From a virus (Duplodnaviria > Caudoviricetes): a stretch of 38,751 bases of DNA. A program made the position numbers and the translations under genes. The notes below the pieces were generated by a model. The model saw only the letters and a program-made list of their open reading frames with translations. It made no database searches and was not told where the DNA came from. The DNA is taken from IMG/VR virus record IMGVR_UViG_3300031938_000012, positions 1 through 38,751 of that record. One strand, given 5' to 3'. The first letter of the stretch is position 1; each line of letters starts with the position of its first letter. Below are positions 27,073-35,592 of the stretch, one piece after another.

Positions 27073-28100
27073 TGCCGCGGGGGTTGGGCGGGGTCCTGGT
27101 CCTGGCCGCGGAAGACTACCGAAAGGACCGGGGCCGGTGGCTTGCCGCCCGCAAATCCGGCCTAGGGGCATCCGATACCGCGGCAATCCTGGGGCTGAAC
27201 AACTACCGGACCGCCCTTGACGTCTGGTTGGAAAAGACCGCGCCCGCCGCGCCGGCGGATGACGAACTATCCGAGGCCACCGCCTGGGGCCATATTTTGG
27301 AAGCCCCGGTGGCCCGCCGGACCGTCAAAAAGCATCCCCACCTCGGGAAACTGGTTCCAACCCCCGGGCTGCTGGCCCACCCCCGGCACCCCTGGATGCT
27401 GGCCACGGTGGACTATGGCCTTGCCGCCCGCGGGGGCCGGGACAACCCCGTGGTGGCCCTGCTGGAAGTCAAGACAACGTCCGTTCACAACTACCGGCGG
27501 AACTGGCTCGAGGGCGTCCCGCCGGCGGGAATCCAAGTCCAAGTCCAACAGCAAATGGCGGTAACCGGGATGGAGGAGTGTTGGGTCACTTGCGGGGTGG
27601 GCGGCGACGCCGGCCCCATGCGGCTGGCCGAACCGTTCCGGGTGGCCAGGTCTGAACGGGTCATAGACCAGTTGGTCCAATACGCCGGCAAGTGGTGGGC
27701 GGACCATATCGTGGCCGGCGTCCGGCCCGAGCCGGTCTTTGCCGATGCCGCCAAACTGGCCAGCCTTTACCCCGCGGACGAATCATTGGACGCCCTGACC
27801 CTAACCCCGGACCTGGAAGACCACCTGGCCAAGTACCTGGACGCCAAACGCCGGGCCCGGGAAGCCAAAGACGAGGCGGACCGGGCGTCCTACGCCATGC
27901 GCCTGGCCATGGGGTCCCGGACCGCCATTGCCGATTTGGACGGGGAAGTGGTGGCCAGGTGCAAAACCCAAGTCCGCCGGACCCTGGACAAAAAAGCGTT
28001 GGCCGCTGACCGTCCGGACGTCCTGGAAGTAGTGACCGAATACACCCGCCCCGGAACGCCGTTCCACGTCTTCCGGGCCAAAGATGAGGCGGAAGCATGA
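27069..28100 (+). CDS. YqaJ/RecE-like exonuclease
   Basis: WLAARKSGLGASD, WGHILE, MLATVD, LLEVKT, QVQQQM motifs. Confidence 0.92.
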   Translation: MMPRGLGGVLVLAAEDYRKDRGRWLAARKSGLGASDTAAILGLNNYRTALDVWLEKTAPAAPADDELSEATAWGHILEAPVARRTVKKHPHLGKLVPTPGLLAHPRHPWMLATVDYGLAARGGRDNPVVALLEVKTTSVHNYRRNWLEGVPPAGIQVQVQQQMAVTGMEECWVTCGVGGDAGPMRLAEPFRVARSERVIDQLVQYAGKWWADHIVAGVRPEPVFADAAKLASLYPADESLDALTLTPDLEDHLAKYLDAKRRAREAKDEADRASYAMRLAMGSRTAIADLDGEVVARCKTQVRRTLDKKALAADRPDVLEVVTEYTRPGTPFHVFRAKDEAEA

Positions 28101-28870
28101 CCGAACAGACCGGGGATGCCCTGGCCAACCAAATTGCTGAAAAGCAGGTCCAGCGCGGCGGGGCAACGGCCTTTGACTTGGTCAAGTCCATGGAGTCCGA
28201 ATTCGCCAAGGCCCTGCCCAAACACGTCCCGGTGGAACAGTTCATGCGGACCGCCGTAACCGAACTTAGGCAATCCCCGGACCTGCAACAGTGTTCCGCG
28301 GAATCGCTGCTGGGGGCGTTCCTGACCGCGGCCCGCCTGGGGCTCGAGGTGGGCGGGCCCCTGGGGCAGTTCTACCTAACCCCGCGCCGGATAAAGGGCG
28401 TTCCGTCCGTGGTCCCCATCGTGGGTTACCGCGGGCTAATCGAATTGGCCCGCCGGTCCGGCAGGGTGGGCGCGGTCAAGGCGTGGTTGGTCTATCAGGG
28501 GGACACGTTCCGCGAGGGTGCCAATTCCGAACGGGGCCCGTTCTTTGACTTTGATAAGCAACCAGGGGACCCCACCGGGCGGGAAATCGTGGGCGTCCTG
28601 GCCGTGGCCAAACTGGCCGGCGGCGACGTCCAACACGTCTACATGACGTTGCCCGAGGTCATGGAACGCAAGGCCCGGGGGGCTGCGGGGGATTCCGGAC
28701 CGTGGAAGACGGACCGTGACGCCATGATACGCAAAACCGCGTTGCGGGCCCTGGCCGGCGAACTGCCCCAATCGTCCGGCCTGGCCCTGGCCCGGCAGGT
28801 GGACGAACAGGTCCAGACCTTTATCCCCGGCCAGGTAGTGGACGCCGGCACCGGGGAAGTGGGTCAATGA
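28097..28870 (+). CDS. recT: RecT recombinase
   Basis: LPKHV, ARLGLE..LGQFYLTP, VGYRGLIELARRSG, PWKTD.DAMIRKT. Confidence 0.93.
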   Translation: MTEQTGDALANQIAEKQVQRGGATAFDLVKSMESEFAKALPKHVPVEQFMRTAVTELRQSPDLQQCSAESLLGAFLTAARLGLEVGGPLGQFYLTPRRIKGVPSVVPIVGYRGLIELARRSGRVGAVKAWLVYQGDTFREGANSERGPFFDFDKQPGDPTGREIVGVLAVAKLAGGDVQHVYMTLPEVMERKARGAAGDSGPWKTDRDAMIRKTALRALAGELPQSSGLALARQVDEQVQTFIPGQVVDAGTGEVGQ

Positions 28871-29514
28871 CGGCCCCCTACTATCAGGACGAACACGTAA
28901 CCCTCTACCTGGGGGATTGCTTGGCCGTCCCCGAATGGCTGGCCGCGGACGTCCTGGTCACGGACCCGCCCTTTGGGGTGGCCTATCAGTCAAACCGGGT
29001 CAAGGGCCGGCCCCGGCAACCCGTGGCCGGCGACGCCACCACCGCGGCCCGGGACGCCGCCCTCGCGGCCTGGGGGGACCGGCCCGCCCTGGTCTTTGGC
29101 AAGTGGTCCGTCCCGCGCCCTGCCGGCGTCCGGGCCCGCCTGATTTGGTCCAAAGGGGATGACCCCGGGATGGGGGACCTGACGTTCCCGTGGGGCAATT
29201 CGGAAGAGGAAATATACGTCCTGGGGGCCGGCTTCACCGGCAAGCGCGGACCCAATGTCCTGGTCCACCGCAAACCCCCCGTGGGCAACCGGGACGCCCA
29301 CCCCACCCCCAAGCCCGTCCCGCTTATGGAACGGCTGTTGGAAAAGTGCCCGCCCGGGGTTATCGCGGACCCGTTCGCCGGGTCCGGGTCCACCCTGGTG
29401 GCCGCAAAGAACCTTGGCCGGCGGGCCATAGGCGTGGAACTGGAAGAGCGATATTGCGAACTGACCGCCAACCGGCTTGCCCAAGGCGTCCTGGAAATCG
29501 AGGTGGGGATATGA
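28867..29514 (+). CDS. Orphan N4-C/N6-A DNA methyltransferase (beta class)
   Basis: TDPPF catalytic motif, HPTPKP, DPFAGSGST SAM-binding motif, GVELE. Confidence 0.92.
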   Translation: MTAPYYQDEHVTLYLGDCLAVPEWLAADVLVTDPPFGVAYQSNRVKGRPRQPVAGDATTAARDAALAAWGDRPALVFGKWSVPRPAGVRARLIWSKGDDPGMGDLTFPWGNSEEEIYVLGAGFTGKRGPNVLVHRKPPVGNRDAHPTPKPVPLMERLLEKCPPGVIADPFAGSGSTLVAAKNLGRRAIGVELEERYCELTANRLAQGVLEIEVGI

Positions 29515-29669
29515 CGTTGTCCGCGTCCGTGGCCTATGTGGCCTTTATCCAAGCATCATGGGCGGTCTTATCCGTTGCCCTGCTGTTCCTGGTCCTGGCC
29601 ATGCTGGTGGCCCTTTGGTTCCTGGCCGGCCTGGTGGCCATTGTCCGGGCCATGCGGTGGCCGGCATGA
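29511..29669 (+). CDS. Small membrane protein
   Basis: ATGA overlaps at both ends; strongly hydrophobic. Confidence 0.7.
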   Translation: MTLSASVAYVAFIQASWAVLSVALLFLVLAMLVALWFLAGLVAIVRAMRWPA

Positions 29670-30178
29670 CCGCCCGGGCCCTTGCCGCCGGCGCGGGGTT
29701 CCTGGGCTGCATCCTGGGGGCCAACTACGTGACCTCGGCCTATGGCATGGTCCCGGTGGGGTTCGGTCTGACCGCCACCGCCGGAACTTACTTTGCCGGG
29801 TTGTCTTTCGTGCTGCGGGACGCGGTACAGGACACCGCCGGCAAGCGGTGGGCCCTTGCGGTCACCCTGGCCGGCGCGGTCCTGTCCCTGGCCATTGCCG
29901 CCCCCGCCATTGCCCTGGCATCCGCCGCGGCGTTCGCCGTGTCCGAACTAACGGACCTGGCGGTCTACACCCCATTGCGCCGGCGCGGCTATATCCGGGC
30001 CGCGGTGGCATCCAACGCCGTGGGGGCCCTGGTGGATTCCGTGGTGTTCCTGACCGTGGCCGGCTTCCCCCTGCTGGCCTTGCCGGGCCAGCTGGTGGGC
30101 AAGCTGGTGGTTACCGGGGCCGTGGTGGCCCTCGTGGTGGCCGTCCGGACCAGCCGCCGGCGGGCGGTGCCGGCATGA
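29666..30178 (+). CDS. VUT/YhhQ-family (queuosine-precursor transporter-like) membrane protein
   Basis: AN..., AGTYFAGLSFVLRDAVQ, ASAAAFAVSELTDLAVY, ASNAVGALVDSVVFL..AG, GQLVGK match the Vut_1 pattern. Confidence 0.85.
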   Translation: MTARALAAGAGFLGCILGANYVTSAYGMVPVGFGLTATAGTYFAGLSFVLRDAVQDTAGKRWALAVTLAGAVLSLAIAAPAIALASAAAFAVSELTDLAVYTPLRRRGYIRAAVASNAVGALVDSVVFLTVAGFPLLALPGQLVGKLVVTGAVVALVVAVRTSRRRAVPA

Positions 30179-30510
30179 CCCGCCGGCCCCTGGCCGTCCG
30201 GGCGTCCGCCGGCCAAATGGAAGTCCACGCCCCCTTGGTCCACCGGTGCCCGTTCCGGGACGAGGTGGACGCCGGCGGGGTGGCCATTGTGTGGGAAGTC
30301 GAAACCCACACTTTCGAATTGCACTCCCTACGGGCCTACCTGGACGGGTGGCGGGACGTCTCCATAAGCCATGAAGACCTAACGGAAACCATCCGGGGGG
30401 CCCTGGCCGATTACCCCGGGCTGACCGTCCGGTCCGTGACCACCGCATGGGACACCGCCGGAATGGAAATCCAATGCTCTACCTTGCCAACCCCGCCGGA
30501 CCCGCGGTGA
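30175..30510 (+). CDS. queF: QueF-like T-fold protein (preQ0 reductase/amidinotransferase-like)
   Basis: CPF..E.D (catalytic Cys/Asp spacing), ELHSLRAYL (variant of the QueF motif ExKS.KLY), SHE substrate-anchoring Glu. Confidence 0.75.
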   Translation: MTRRPLAVRASAGQMEVHAPLVHRCPFRDEVDAGGVAIVWEVETHTFELHSLRAYLDGWRDVSISHEDLTETIRGALADYPGLTVRSVTTAWDTAGMEIQCSTLPTPPDPR

Positions 30511-31100
30511 CCGCGGCCATAACCGCCGGGGCCCTGGGGTTCATTGACACCCCCGCCCAAGGCAACCGCCGGCCCCCCGGGGTGACCTGGTGCGCGGATA
30601 ACGGTTGCTTTGGCAAGGGCTACCCCGGGGACGAAAAGTTCCTGTCCTGGCTGGCCCGGAACGCCGCGGACGCCGGGTCCTGCCTGTTCGCCACCGCCCC
30701 GGACGTGGTGGGCGACGCCGCCGCCACCCTGGAACGGTCCGCCCCGTTCCTGCCCAAAATCCGGGCGTTGGGCTACCCCGCCGCCCTCGTCGCCCAAGAC
30801 GGTCTGGAAGACCTGACCGTCCCGTGGGATGACCTGGACGTCCTGTTCATAGGCGGGACCACGGAATGGAAATTGGGCCCCGCCGCCGCCGGCCTGATCC
30901 GGGAAGCCAAGGCCCGCGGAAAGTGGGTCCATATGGGCCGGGTCAACAGCCAACGCCGCTACCGGCTGGCCCTCGAGCGGGGGTGCGATTCCGTGGACGG
31001 GACGTTCCTAACGTTCGGTCCAGACGTCCTATTGCCTGAACTGTTGGGCTGGCTGCGGCTGACCCGGCAACCCCGCCTATTCGAAGATTGGGAGTCCTAA
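30474..31100 (+). CDS. Compact TGT/DpdA-like guanine transglycosylase
   Basis: ADNGCF (cf. DSGgF), APDVVGD, VAQDG, FIGG, VHMGRV, DSVDGT follow the order of TGT barrel motifs; context with VUT and QueF-like genes. Confidence 0.7.
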   Translation: MLYLANPAGPAVTAAITAGALGFIDTPAQGNRRPPGVTWCADNGCFGKGYPGDEKFLSWLARNAADAGSCLFATAPDVVGDAAATLERSAPFLPKIRALGYPAALVAQDGLEDLTVPWDDLDVLFIGGTTEWKLGPAAAGLIREAKARGKWVHMGRVNSQRRYRLALERGCDSVDGTFLTFGPDVLLPELLGWLRLTRQPRLFEDWES

Positions 31101-31474
31101 TGGAACCACGCGCCCGCAACACTGACCCCGGGACGTCCCACGCCGCCGCCGCCAAGGTGGCCCCGATGGTTACCACGGTCCGGTCCCGGGTCCTGGGCAT
31201 CCTGACCGCCGCCCCGGAAGCCCGGGACGGTCTGACCCATGACCAACTGATAGTCCTATACCGCAAATACGCCACCCGGCTTGGCTGGCCCATGGCGTCC
31301 GATTCGTCCATTCGGACCCGCTGCAACGAATTGGTCCGGGACGGGGAAGTGGAAAAGGTCCCGGACGGGGACGGGCGGTCCCGGTTCGGAAACGCCGCCC
31401 TCCTTTGGCGCGCCGTCCCCGTCCAAAAAGCCGGGACGCCTGTTGATAACTTTGTGGACGATGGGGATAACTGA
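31100..31474 (+). CDS. Putative winged-helix DNA-binding protein
   Basis: ARNTDPGTSHAAA N-terminus, GLTHDQL, SIRTRCNELVRDGEV. Confidence 0.7.
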   Translation: MEPRARNTDPGTSHAAAAKVAPMVTTVRSRVLGILTAAPEARDGLTHDQLIVLYRKYATRLGWPMASDSSIRTRCNELVRDGEVEKVPDGDGRSRFGNAALLWRAVPVQKAGTPVDNFVDDGDN

Positions 31475-31992
31475 TGACCGAACAGCCGGCCCCCGTTCCG
31501 GTCCTGCCGGGGCAGACGGACATTTACGCCGCCCTCGATGGGTGGTCACTGCGGGTCAATGGTGTACCCGTCCCGCAAGGGTCCAAGACGTCTTTTCGCC
31601 ATTCCAAAACGGGAAAGGTGGTCATGGTGGACGCCAATAAGAACTTGGCCGCATGGCGGGCCCTGGTGTCCGCCCGGGCCCGGTCCGCCTGGGGCGTGGA
31701 CCGGCCACCCCTTGCCGGCCCGGTCATCGTGACGGCCCTTTTCTACCTGCCCCGGCCAAAGGGCCATTACGGCACCGGACGCAATGCCGGCGTCCTGAAA
31801 CCGTCCGCGCCGGTCTACCCGGCAGTAAAGCCGGACCTAGATAAGCTGGTCCGGGCCGTTTTCGATTCCCTCAAGGTGGCCGGCGTTTGGGCGGATGACG
31901 CCCTATGCGTTGGCCTTGGCGGGACCGGCAAGTTTTACGCGGACGCCGTGGAACCGGGCGTGGCTTTGACGTTGGATTGGGGGACACCATGA
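31474..31992 (+). CDS. rusA: RusA-like Holliday junction resolvase
   Basis: GVPVPQGSK, FYLPRPK, KPDLDKLVRAVFDSL..WADDA. Confidence 0.92.
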   Translation: MTEQPAPVPVLPGQTDIYAALDGWSLRVNGVPVPQGSKTSFRHSKTGKVVMVDANKNLAAWRALVSARARSAWGVDRPPLAGPVIVTALFYLPRPKGHYGTGRNAGVLKPSAPVYPAVKPDLDKLVRAVFDSLKVAGVWADDALCVGLGGTGKFYADAVEPGVALTLDWGTP

Positions 31993-32609
31993 CCGAATGG
32001 GAAGACCAGGAGGCCCGGCTGTTGGCGGCGCATATCGCCCGGACGGCGGGCCGGCTGGAGGTCCTGGCCGAACGTTACGCGGAATTGCGGACCATGCTTG
32101 CCGCCGGCCAGGGCGGGAAGCCGGCAACCGAATTGATAACCCGCGGCCCCGCCGGCCCCCGGGTCCCCATCCGGGTGGAAGTCCTGGACACCATGGGCGA
32201 AATAGACCGGTTCCTAGCCCGGTTCCTGCCCCTGACCCGCGGGGCCATGCGCCTTGGCGTGGGGGCCGGCGTTTGGGCAATGAGCCCCCGGGACAACGGC
32301 GACGCCCGGACGGCCCGCGTCCGGTCCGGGCTGCTGTTCCTGGCCGGCGGGCTGGGGACCGTCTACGGGGAAGACCCGGCCTTGGGGGATGACGTATCCC
32401 GGGGGGCCTGGGAACTGGAACGCCGGGCCGGCTGGATATTCGGGGACCGGTCCCGGCCTTTCGCCCTGACTGAACCTTGCCCGGCTTGCGGGGTGCCGGC
32501 CCTTTGGGTGGTCCCGGAACGTATGGTCATTCGTTGCGGTAACCCGGCTTGCGGGGATACCCGGACACTTGACGCCGTTTTGCCGGTCCATATGACAGGG
32601 TCTAAATAG
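31989..32609 (+). CDS. Hypothetical protein with C-terminal zinc finger (possible transcription regulator)
   Basis: CPACG...CGNPAC; ATGA overlap with rusA. Confidence 0.7.
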   Translation: MTEWEDQEARLLAAHIARTAGRLEVLAERYAELRTMLAAGQGGKPATELITRGPAGPRVPIRVEVLDTMGEIDRFLARFLPLTRGAMRLGVGAGVWAMSPRDNGDARTARVRSGLLFLAGGLGTVYGEDPALGDDVSRGAWELERRAGWIFGDRSRPFALTEPCPACGVPALWVVPERMVIRCGNPACGDTRTLDAVLPVHMTGSK

Positions 32610-32705
32610 GCATTTACCGGGCGGGTATCCTACCCCGTCAACTCGATATAAAAAAGTCAGATTGACGCATAGACCGAACCGTCAAACGGCACTAAATTAA
32701 CACGT

Positions 32706-32724
32706 AGTCTATAAATCGTAGACG
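32706..32724. promoter_or_regulatory. Operator AGTCTA-N7-TAGACG
   Basis: In an AT-rich intergenic region before the 32751 gene. Confidence 0.75.
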
Positions 32725-32750
32725 GCCTAAGTCTGGGAGGGCTTGCAGTT

Positions 32751-32987
32751 ATGGCAGGTTGGCAAATGCGGGCGGATGGTTTCGCGCTAGGCCCCGAAAG
32801 GGTGGTAAGTCTCGATGACCGCCGGGTGGTCTTGACACCGATTTGGACCGACGAGGAGGGGGTAAGTGTCAGTGTAGACACGGGCGACGAGCCCCTCCCG
32901 CCGGCCCTGCTGGAACGGGTGGCGGTGGGCATGATTCAACTTGCGGCCATGCCCGCGCCGGACTTCCGGCAACTTTCCGTTTCCTAA
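32751..32987 (+). CDS. Hypothetical protein
   Basis: RBS GGGAGG; follows the operator. Confidence 0.65.
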   Translation: MAGWQMRADGFALGPERVVSLDDRRVVLTPIWTDEEGVSVSVDTGDEPLPPALLERVAVGMIQLAAMPAPDFRQLSVS

Positions 32988-33037
32988 CGGGCGCTTTTGC
33001 GCGCCCTGACCGTCTAAATTCACCGAACGGATAAGCC

Positions 33038-33148
33038 ATGGAAAAAAGACGCCGGCGGGTCCCGGACTTCCACCCGCCCCACTGGTCCCCGGTCATGGCC
33101 GCGGTCCTGCTGCTGGTCCTGGGGGTCATCGTGGCGGTCATCCCGTGA
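33038..33148 (+). CDS. Small membrane peptide
   Basis: Basic N-terminus plus hydrophobic C-terminus; GTGA overlap with the next gene. Confidence 0.55.
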   Translation: MEKRRRRVPDFHPPHWSPVMAAVLLLVLGVIVAVIP

Positions 33149-33501
33149 CCCGGCTTTACCTGGCCGGCCCGATGACCGGGCATCCGGAAAACAATTACCC
33201 GGCGTTCCATGCCGCCGCGGGCCGGCTGCGGCGGGCCGGCTTCCAAGTGGTCAACCCGGCGGAAGCGGACCTGGAACCACTGACCGGGTTGTCCTGGGGG
33301 GATTGGATGCGGAAAGGCATAACCCAACTGCTGACCACGGACGGCGTGGCAATCCTGCCGGGTGCCGGCGGGTCCCGGGGCGCGGCCCTGGAATGCAAGA
33401 TAGCCCACGAACTGGCAATGCCCGTCCGGACCGTCCCGTGGTGGCTGACCAAGGCCGGCCAGGACGATTACATGGCCCGGCTGCTGGGGCGGTCATCCTG
33501 A
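33145..33501 (+). CDS. DUF4406 / nucleoside 2-deoxyribosyltransferase-like protein
   Basis: LYLAGPMTG...NYPAF..AA..L...G..VVNPAE...SRGAALE. Confidence 0.85.
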   Translation: MTRLYLAGPMTGHPENNYPAFHAAAGRLRRAGFQVVNPAEADLEPLTGLSWGDWMRKGITQLLTTDGVAILPGAGGSRGAALECKIAHELAMPVRTVPWWLTKAGQDDYMARLLGRSS

Positions 33502-33929
33502 TGACCAACATGATGACCGCGCCGGGGTTCTTTTACCACGGCGGCGTCCCGGACTTACGCCCCGGGGACCTGCTGGTCCCGGGCCATTCCCGCCGCCACC
33601 ATGACGGTTGCCCCTGGTGCCTGGCCCGCGCCGCCGGCGGGGCCCACCTTGGCCTTGACGGCCCGTCCCAACGCGAGGCGGTCTACTTTACGCCCGTCCG
33701 CCTTTACGCCAAGTTCCATGCCAGCCTTTACGGGCGCGGGGACCTTTACCGGGTGGAACCGGTGGGGGACCTGGAACTGTCCACGGAAGACACCGTGGAA
33801 ACGTGGACCGCGCCCGCGGCCCGCGTCCTGTCGGTCTATGACCGCGCCGTCCTGCTAACCGATACCGAACGCCGCCGCCTGAACAGGCTTTGGGCGGATG
33901 CCGATAAGAAAAGGAGCCTCAATGGCTGA
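33501..33929 (+). CDS. Arr-like ADP-ribosyltransferase
   Basis: FYHGG..L.PGDLL.PG, VYFT, YRVEPVG resemble rifampin ADP-ribosyltransferase motifs FYHGT..L..GDLL, IYFT, Y.VEP.G. Confidence 0.7.
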   Translation: MTNMMTAPGFFYHGGVPDLRPGDLLVPGHSRRHHDGCPWCLARAAGGAHLGLDGPSQREAVYFTPVRLYAKFHASLYGRGDLYRVEPVGDLELSTEDTVETWTAPAARVLSVYDRAVLLTDTERRRLNRLWADADKKRSLNG

Positions 33930-34182
33930 CCAGGAAACCCCCAACCCGCCCCACGGCGAACCGGGCCACCAATGCGTCCATATTGACGCCACCACCGCCG
34001 TGGCCGGCGTCATCATTCGACCCCTCCCGGAAGACCACCCGGACGCCCCGGACGGCCACGTGGCCTTTGAGGTGGAAGCGTGGGCCAACGGGATGCCCAA
34101 ACCCGTTTTGGCCAACTTTTTGCGGTCCGTGGCCGATTCGTGGGACGAAGACCACCGCGCCGAACTGGCGGAACTGAACTAA
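33922..34182 (+). CDS. Hypothetical protein
   Basis: RBS AAGGAG; TAATG overlap with ssb. Confidence 0.75.
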   Translation: MADQETPNPPHGEPGHQCVHIDATTAVAGVIIRPLPEDHPDAPDGHVAFEVEAWANGMPKPVLANFLRSVADSWDEDHRAELAELN

Positions 34183-34697
34183 TGGCCGGTGAAACCACCA
34201 TCACGGTTATTGGCAACCTGACCAATGACCCGGAACTTAGATTCACCCCGGGCGGTCATGCCGTGGCCAATTTCACCGTGGCAAGTACCCCCCGGACTTT
34301 CAACCGGCAGACCAACGAATGGGAAGACGGGGAAACCCTGTTCCTACGGGCCAGCCTATGGCGGGAAGCCGCGGAAAACGTGGCCGAGTCCCTGACCAAA
34401 GGGTCCCGGGTCATCGTCACGGGCCGGCTAAAGTCCCGGACCTATGAAACCAAAGAGGGCGAAAAGCGGACCGTCATTGAACTGGAAGTGGACGAAATCG
34501 GGCCCTCCTTGCGGTACGCCCAAGCCAAGGTCCAGCGGATAACCAGGTCCCAACAGCCGCCCGGCGGCGGGTGGAACCAGGGCGGGGGCCAGCCGGCCAA
34601 CCAGCCGCCCCAAGATGACCCGTGGTCCACCCCCGCGGGGGCATCGGCCAACGCCGGCGGATGGGGCAACGGGCCCGACACGGAACCGCCTTTTTAG
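34182..34697 (+). CDS. ssb: Single-stranded DNA-binding protein (actinobacterial type)
   Basis: [23 protein letters not shown]; [12 protein letters not shown]; acidic tail DTEPPF. Confidence 0.97.
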   Translation: MAGETTITVIGNLTNDPELRFTPGGHAVANFTVASTPRTFNRQTNEWEDGETLFLRASLWREAAENVAESLTKGSRVIVTGRLKSRTYETKEGEKRTVIELEVDEIGPSLRYAQAKVQRITRSQQPPGGGWNQGGGQPANQPPQDDPWSTPAGASANAGGWGNGPDTEPPF

Positions 34698-34705
34698 GCC
34701 CGGAC

Positions 34706-34724
34706 CGTCCAAAGAACATAGACG
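34706..34724. promoter_or_regulatory. Operator CGTCCA-N7-TAGACG
   Basis: Intergenic, after ssb. Confidence 0.7.
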
Positions 34725-34739
34725 AAAGGGGCAAAGAAC

Positions 34740-35009
34740 ATGACCGAATGGATTAGGCGGGCCGAAAAAGCATTACGGACCGGCCAACCCCGATTGGCGG
34801 AACTTTATATGCGCCGCGGGCTTTCGGAATCGCCCGGGGGCCGGCTTTGGCTGGCCGGCCATGACGCCGCGGAAGCCTTGGCGGCTTTCGTCCGCGCCCT
34901 GGGCTTGGCCCTGGAACCATGGCAATGGGCAATCCTGGACCGATGGGCCCGGACCGGGGAAGTCCAAACGGACTTTGCCCTTGCCGGCCCATCCAAGGCC
35001 GGGGCCTGA
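34740..35009 (+). CDS. Hypothetical protein
   Basis: RBS GAAAGGGG. Confidence 0.7.
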   Translation: MTEWIRRAEKALRTGQPRLAELYMRRGLSESPGGRLWLAGHDAAEALAAFVRALGLALEPWQWAILDRWARTGEVQTDFALAGPSKAGA

Positions 35010-35012
35010 ACC

Positions 35013-35237
35013 GTGGACACGTTCCATATGGTTTGGCCCGTGGTGGATTCGAACCAAACCCGCATGGACCTTATGGCGGAAGCCCAAGGGGACTTGCGGG
35101 CCGAATATGAACTGTTGGGGCTGCGGCCCGTGTCGGTCCCCAATTTCAAGTTTGGCCTATGGCGGGGCAAGCCGGCCCTCCTGGCCACCGTGGCCGTGGT
35201 CCAGCTGCCCCAAAACCCGGAAGCGTGGGCCGGATGA
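35013..35237 (+). CDS. Hypothetical protein
   Basis: Tight operon packing. Confidence 0.65.
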   Translation: MDTFHMVWPVVDSNQTRMDLMAEAQGDLRAEYELLGLRPVSVPNFKFGLWRGKPALLATVAVVQLPQNPEAWAG

Positions 35238-35437
35238 CCCCGGACCACACAACCCCGGAAGCGGAAGACCGCGCCGCGGCCAAGGCCGATAACCCCGCCT
35301 TGGCAACCGAAAGCGTGGCCAAGGCCGAAACCCGCGCCAACCAGGGGTGGCCCTGGCCGGTGTCCGGGGATGCAACCACCATCCTCCAGCCGGGGAAGAC
35401 CCCCTGGGGCGTCAAACGGAAAGGCCGGCTCAAATGA
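35234..35437 (+). CDS. Hypothetical protein
   Basis: ATGA overlaps at both ends. Confidence 0.6.
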   Translation: MTPDHTTPEAEDRAAAKADNPALATESVAKAETRANQGWPWPVSGDATTILQPGKTPWGVKRKGRLK

Positions 35438-35592
35438 CCCGTTGCCACTGCTGCGGGATGCTGGTTTGCCGCCACTGCGGCCAGCCCATCGAAAAATTCG
35501 ACATCGGATATTCCCACTACCTGACCGATGACGGCGGGCGGCGGTCCTACCGTAACCGATGCCTTGACGGCCACCAGGAGGCCCAACCATGA
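35434..35592 (+). CDS. Small Cys-rich hypothetical protein
   Basis: CHCC..CRHC; ATGA overlaps. Confidence 0.6.
   Translation: MTRCHCCGMLVCRHCGQPIEKFDIGYSHYLTDDGGRRSYRNRCLDGHQEAQP

Noticed and set aside
29477-29665. Long N-terminal extensions of the VUT and QueF-like ORFs in the ORF track (starts 29477, 29536)
   Set aside because: ATGA-coupled starts at 29666 and 30175 give clean domains; the extensions overlap other genes.
33501-33929. Calling the gene arr (rifampicin resistance)
   Set aside because: Only the NAD-binding scaffold motifs match; the Arr-specific C-terminal signature is absent.
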